Below are positions 59,563 through 64,000 of a DNA stretch of 64,000 nt, piece after piece. Origin of the DNA: Truepera sp. GTDB taxonomy: Bacteria > Deinococcota > Deinococci > Deinococcales > Trueperaceae. The stretch spans positions 544,001 through 608,000 of the forward strand of contig CBDCKW010000009.1 in the NCBI GenBank assembly GCA_965218435.1, written 5' to 3'. Position 1 is the stretch's first letter. The number at the start of each line of letters is the position of its first letter. The notes beneath the pieces were generated by a model, which saw nothing but the letters and a program-made list of their open reading frames with translations, made no database searches and was not told where the DNA came from. The translations under genes and the position numbers were made by a program.

Positions 59563-61635
59563 ATGAAAAAATCACTGCAGACAGAACATTTTAGCTTAGG
59601 CGTATGTTACTACCCTGAACACTGGCCTGAAGACCTCTGGAGGGACGATTTTCAGCGGATGCGCGACCTTGGCTTTTCAGTCATCCGCGTCGCGGAGTTT
59701 GCGTGGACGATCTTTGAACCTGAAGAAGGGTCGTTCTCTTTTGATCTTTTCGACCGGGCTATCGACCTGGCTCACGAACACGGCTTAAAGGTTATCCTCG
59801 GTACGCCAACGGCGACGCCACCCGCTTGGCTGACCCACAAATATCCTGAAGTCCTAAATGTAACCCAAGCAGGCGTTCAGTACCAGCATGGTGAGCGGCG
59901 GCATTATAACTACAACGCTCAAGTTTACCGTGAGCTGTCTGCCCGGCTCGTTCGCAAACTAGCTGAACACTATGGCCACCATCCAGCGGTCATCGGCTGG
60001 CAAATTGACAATGAACTCAACTGTCAGATCGATGTATTTTACGCGGAGGCTGACCAAACTGCATTTCAGAGCTGGCTTAAAGACAAGTACAGCACTTTGG
60101 CTGAACTCAACCACGCTTGGGGAACTACCTTTTGGAACCAAACCTATACGGCTTGGGCGCAGGTTAAGCTGACCGGGCCGACACCCAGTCACTCGCCCAA
60201 CCCGCATCAAGCACTCGATGAAAAGCGATTTTTTTCAGCCAGCGCAATTTCGTTTGCCTGTATTCAAAGCAATATTTTGCGCGAACTTGCGCCTGACCAG
60301 TGGGTTACGACCAACGGTCTCTTCGGTCACCTAGACAGCCATCAACTCACTGAAGAGGCGCTGGACTTTATTTCGTACGACTCTTACCCTAATTTTAGCA
60401 CCCTTTTGGACAAAGGATTTGGACTGCTTGACCGTTACTGGAGCTGGAATCTAAGCAAAGTGCGGAGCATTTCACCTAACTTTTGTGTGATGGAGCAGCA
60501 GTCAGGACCGGGTGGATGGACGAATATTATTGCGCAACCTTCACCTAAACCAGGGCAGATGCGTCTCTGGACCTATCAGTCGGTAGCCCACGGCGCGGAT
60601 ATGGTGCTTTATTTTCGCTGGCGCACCGCGACGATGGGGACAGAAATCTACTGGCACGGCCTTAACGACTACCATAACCGACCGAACCGGCGGGTTGCTG
60701 AAGCCGCGCAGATTGGGCGGGAGCTCGAGGTGTTGGGACCACGTATTGTCGGGACCCAGCCATCGGCTCAAGTCGGTATGGTGTGCGATTACGACAATGA
60801 TTGGGACGGTGAGCTAGACAACTGGCATGGTCCTTATACGCGTCAAAGTATTGAGTCTTGGTTTGCCGCTTTGCAATACAAACATGTCCCTGTAGACGCG
60901 GTGTATCTACGGGCTACCACAACGCTTCAAGACCTAACTAAATACCAGGTCCTCATCTACCCGCATCCTGCTATTTTGAGCGACACCACGGCCGCACTAC
61001 TCACCAAGTACGTAAACCAAGGTGGGAAACTCGTCTTTGGTTGTCGTACAGGGTATAAGGACACAACTGGGCAATGCTATATGCGACCGTTTCCAGGTCC
61101 TGTGGCAGACCTATGTGGTATTACAGTTACAGACTTTACACGTATTGGGCCAAATGAACAGGCACCTACCGTGCGGTGGTTCGTGGAGGGCGGCCTCGAC
61201 GCGGCAGCCGACAGCTTTAACGATGTCTTACAAGTAGAGGCGTCTAGCGCAGATGTGTTAGCCGAGTATGTCGGTGGTTACTACACCGGCTTACCCGCGC
61301 TTATACGGAACCGTCTAGGGGATGGCGAAGCCTACTACTATGGCGCGGTTTTCAACGAGGAAGCGGCAGCAGCCTTGATCACGCAACTTGGCTTGGTATC
61401 GCCACTTGACGATTTGATAGATCTACCACAAGTGGTTGAACTGTGTATCAGAGAAAACTTCCGATCCGGGGAAAAACTGATCTTTCTACTTAACTATAGT
61501 GCTGAAGAACAGGTATTAGATTTCCGCGGGGCTGTCACTAATTTAATCACAAAGGAACAAGGGCAGGAATCAGTAGTACTAGGGCCATTCGGTGTATGCG
61601 TTCTGACTACTGATAAGTACGCTAGTCAACCTTAA
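59563..61635 (+). CDS. GH42 beta-galactosidase (or alpha-L-arabinopyranosidase)
   Basis: GVCYYPEHW, AEFAW, TPTATPPAW, WQIDNE, MEQQSG, YFRWR. Confidence 0.92.
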   Translation: MKKSLQTEHFSLGVCYYPEHWPEDLWRDDFQRMRDLGFSVIRVAEFAWTIFEPEEGSFSFDLFDRAIDLAHEHGLKVILGTPTATPPAWLTHKYPEVLNVTQAGVQYQHGERRHYNYNAQVYRELSARLVRKLAEHYGHHPAVIGWQIDNELNCQIDVFYAEADQTAFQSWLKDKYSTLAELNHAWGTTFWNQTYTAWAQVKLTGPTPSHSPNPHQALDEKRFFSASAISFACIQSNILRELAPDQWVTTNGLFGHLDSHQLTEEALDFISYDSYPNFSTLLDKGFGLLDRYWSWNLSKVRSISPNFCVMEQQSGPGGWTNIIAQPSPKPGQMRLWTYQSVAHGADMVLYFRWRTATMGTEIYWHGLNDYHNRPNRRVAEAAQIGRELEVLGPRIVGTQPSAQVGMVCDYDNDWDGELDNWHGPYTRQSIESWFAALQYKHVPVDAVYLRATTTLQDLTKYQVLIYPHPAILSDTTAALLTKYVNQGGKLVFGCRTGYKDTTGQCYMRPFPGPVADLCGITVTDFTRIGPNEQAPTVRWFVEGGLDAAADSFNDVLQVEASSADVLAEYVGGYYTGLPALIRNRLGDGEAYYYGAVFNEEAAAALITQLGLVSPLDDLIDLPQVVELCIRENFRSGEKLIFLLNYSAEEQVLDFRGAVTNLITKEQGQESVVLGPFGVCVLTTDKYASQP

Positions 61636-61758
61636 GCCAAGTTTGTGACCGATATCGACTGTGTACTACAGAGTATAGTCGAATACGGGTAATCAAACTT
61701 TCGCACTATAGGGCTATAGAACCAAACAGGTTCTAGATAAATATTGATGGGAGTTACT

Positions 61759-63261
61759 ATGTACAATCTCGCCGCGCCGCAAATCTGGTTGGTCTGCGGC
61801 TCACAGCACCTCTACGGCCCCGGCCCGTTAGCCGAAGTCGAGGGTCACGCCCGTGAGGTCGCCGAAACCCTGAACGCGTCCGAGGCGGTGACGCTCGAGC
61901 TCGTCTACAAGGGCCTCTTAACCACCCCTGAAGAGATTCGCACCCTCTGTTTAGACGCGAGCCGTGACCCCGACTGCGCCGGGTTGGTCGTGTGGATGCA
62001 CACCTTTTCCCCTTCACGGATGTGGATCGGTGGCCTGCAAAGCTTAAGCAAACCCTTATGTCATCTCCATACCCAGTACAACCGCGATTTGCCGTGGGCA
62101 GAAATTGATATGGACTTTATGAATCTCAACCAAGCCGCGCACGGCGACCGCGAAGCGGGCTTTATGCACACCCGGCTGCGTTTAGGGCGTAAGGTCGTCG
62201 TCGGACACTGGCAAGACGTCGAAGCGCAGGCGCAACTCGGTACGTGGGTGCGGGTCGCGCACGCCTGGAGCGACTTGCAAGGGGCCAAGTTCGCCCGCTT
62301 TGGGGACAACATGCGGCAGGTTGGCGTCACCGAAGGCGATAAGGTCGCCGCTGAAATCCGCTTCGGCGTTTCGGTCAACGGTTACGGCGTCGGTGATTTA
62401 GTCGAACGTGTAGACGCGGTTTCAAACGCTCAGATAGACGAGCTTACCGACGTTTACGAAACGAGTTACGACGTCGCTGACGGTCTGCACCAGGGTCAAG
62501 AAAGTCACGAATCATTGCGGTATGGGGCACGCCTCGAGCTCGGCCTCCAGGCCTTTTTGGAAGAAGGCGGCTTTAAAGGCTTTACGACGACCTTTGAAGA
62601 CCTGCACGGTTTAGCACAGCTTCCCGGTCTAGCGGTGCAGCGCCTGATGGCTGACGGCTACGGCTTCGGCGCAGAAGGCGACTGGAAAACGGCGGTGCTC
62701 TTACGTGCCCTCAAGGTAATGGCGGGGGGCGAGCGTACTTCGTTTATGGAGGACTACACCTATCATCTGGACCCGGCAGGGCCGCTCGTTTTAGGGTCGC
62801 ATATGTTGGAAGTCTGCCCCAGCATTGCGGCTGAAAAACCAAGACTCGAGCTTCACCCTCTGGGGATCGGCGGCAAAGCCGACCCGGTGCGTTTGGTCTT
62901 TGACGCGCCCCCCGGCCCGGCACTCAACGCGTCGCTGATTGATCTGGGGAACCGCTTCCGGCTGATTGTCAACGAAGTCGAAGCGGTGTCGCACCCGCCG
63001 CTGCCAAACCTGCCGGTGGCACGGGCGGTGTGGCGCTGTAAACCCGACTTTAAGACGGCCTTAGCTGCGTGGCTTTATGCGGGCGGCGCACATCACACGG
63101 TCTACAGCTACGCGCTAAAAAGTGAGCATATGGAGGACTTTGCCGAAGTCGCCGGGATTGAGCTCGTGGTCATTGATGACGACACCAGACTCAGAGCGTT
63201 CAAAAACGAGTTGCGGCAGAACGATCTCTACTATGTTCTGGCTCAGGGGCTCAGGAACTGA
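61759..63261 (+). CDS. araA: L-arabinose isomerase
   Basis: [50 protein letters not shown]. Confidence 0.95.
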   Translation: MYNLAAPQIWLVCGSQHLYGPGPLAEVEGHAREVAETLNASEAVTLELVYKGLLTTPEEIRTLCLDASRDPDCAGLVVWMHTFSPSRMWIGGLQSLSKPLCHLHTQYNRDLPWAEIDMDFMNLNQAAHGDREAGFMHTRLRLGRKVVVGHWQDVEAQAQLGTWVRVAHAWSDLQGAKFARFGDNMRQVGVTEGDKVAAEIRFGVSVNGYGVGDLVERVDAVSNAQIDELTDVYETSYDVADGLHQGQESHESLRYGARLELGLQAFLEEGGFKGFTTTFEDLHGLAQLPGLAVQRLMADGYGFGAEGDWKTAVLLRALKVMAGGERTSFMEDYTYHLDPAGPLVLGSHMLEVCPSIAAEKPRLELHPLGIGGKADPVRLVFDAPPGPALNASLIDLGNRFRLIVNEVEAVSHPPLPNLPVARAVWRCKPDFKTALAAWLYAGGAHHTVYSYALKSEHMEDFAEVAGIELVVIDDDTRLRAFKNELRQNDLYYVLAQGLRN

Positions 63262-63434
63262 GAGCAGATCAGGATACGTTCTGGTGACGCGTTTACCATG
63301 ACCAACGACCAAACTGCGCAAGCGAGCTTTTCTCAGTTCAAACCTAAAGGTAGGCTAATATCTCAGAATCCTGGGAGCTATACTTTGGGGCGATGCGTGG
63401 CGTAAGCGCATGAGATGCTGGCTCGAGGGGGCTT

Positions 63435-64000
63435 ATGATTCACGATTATGGTGATGAGGTTGCCTTAGAAGTTGACGGCTGGACCGTTTATGCACCCGCG
63501 GGTGAACCGCTTGTCGAGGTGCTCGACCGGCTCAAGTCCGGTGTGGCCCACGTCTGCTATCACTCGGCGCTAGGGCCGCTGCAAACGTGTGACACCTGCC
63601 TGCTCGGTCGAGATCGGTGGGACGCTGCAACGTGCGTGTGGTATCCCGGTTCAGGCGGGGCTCGAGGTGCGGACGGCGGCCCCTCGAGCCGTTGCCGCGC
63701 GGCAAGAGGCGATGCACCGTATTTTAGGCAACCACGACCTTTACTGCACCATCTGTGACCGGAATAACGGCGACTGCGACGTCCATAACGCGACTAAGCT
63801 GTTAGGGCTCGAGAATCAAAAATATCCCTTTCAGCCCAAGCCTTACGAAGTAGATAAAAGTAACCCGTTTTACCAGTACGACCCCGACCAGTGCATCCTC
63901 TGCGGACGCTGCGTCGAGGCGTGTCAAAACGTGCAGGTCAATGAAACACTCTCGATTGACTGGCAGGCTGAGCACCCGCGCGTCTTGTGGGACGGCGGCG
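63435..64000 (+). pseudogene. formate dehydrogenase alpha subunit-like molybdoenzyme (YjgC/FdhF type), frameshifted, runs off window
   Basis: HVCYH..LGPLQTCDTC then +4 nt shift near 63600 to VE..RACG...NHDLYCTICDRNNGDC...YDPDQCILCGRCVEACQ. Confidence 0.8.

Noticed and set aside
3088..63717. Numerous short antisense or alternate-frame ORFs in the track (e.g. 3603-3989, 15584-16045, 30328-30987, 39085-39759)
   Set aside because: They are shadows of well-supported genes in GC-rich DNA and lack recognisable motifs.
1..64000. CRISPR array, rRNA or tRNA genes
   Set aside because: No regularly spaced direct repeats, cas genes or recognisable structural RNA sequences seen by eye.

Overview
Chromosomal 64 kb of a moderately GC-rich bacterium. 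It most likely belongs to Deinococcota, probably Trueperaceae-like: it has a PEGA/DUF4384 envelope protein, bshA, a TmrAB-like ABC pair, family-5 UDG, a MurE without the DAP-type DNPR motif, and many leaderless TANNNT promoters. No rRNA, tRNA or CRISPR array was seen. Intact housekeeping genes (rlmI-like, udg, patB-like, fumC, bshA, tsaD, rsmC-like, murE, two deoxynucleoside kinases) alternate with accessory blocks. These are (i) a decaying toxin-antitoxin/RM hotspot at 11.3-15.1 kb, (ii) a TetA(P)-like efflux gene with a candidate ribosome-stalling attenuator, (iii) a three-gene defence operon at 31.7-36.2 kb (fused restriction-methyltransferase, two-TRD specificity gene, HEPN RNase), (iv) an IS and pseudogene cluster at 37.6-42.1 kb, and (v) a 21-kb arabinose/arabinogalactan-type catabolic region. 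The best lead is at the RM/S junction. The S reading frame opens exactly at a T-TTT-TTC slippery heptamer just before the RM stop and is followed by a long hairpin, which suggests programmed -1 frameshifting producing RM and RM-S subunits from one mRNA. Other signals are repeated toxin inactivation beside intact antitoxins and roughly 6-fold excess of the palindrome CTCGAG. All family calls come from motif recognition by eye, with no database searches.
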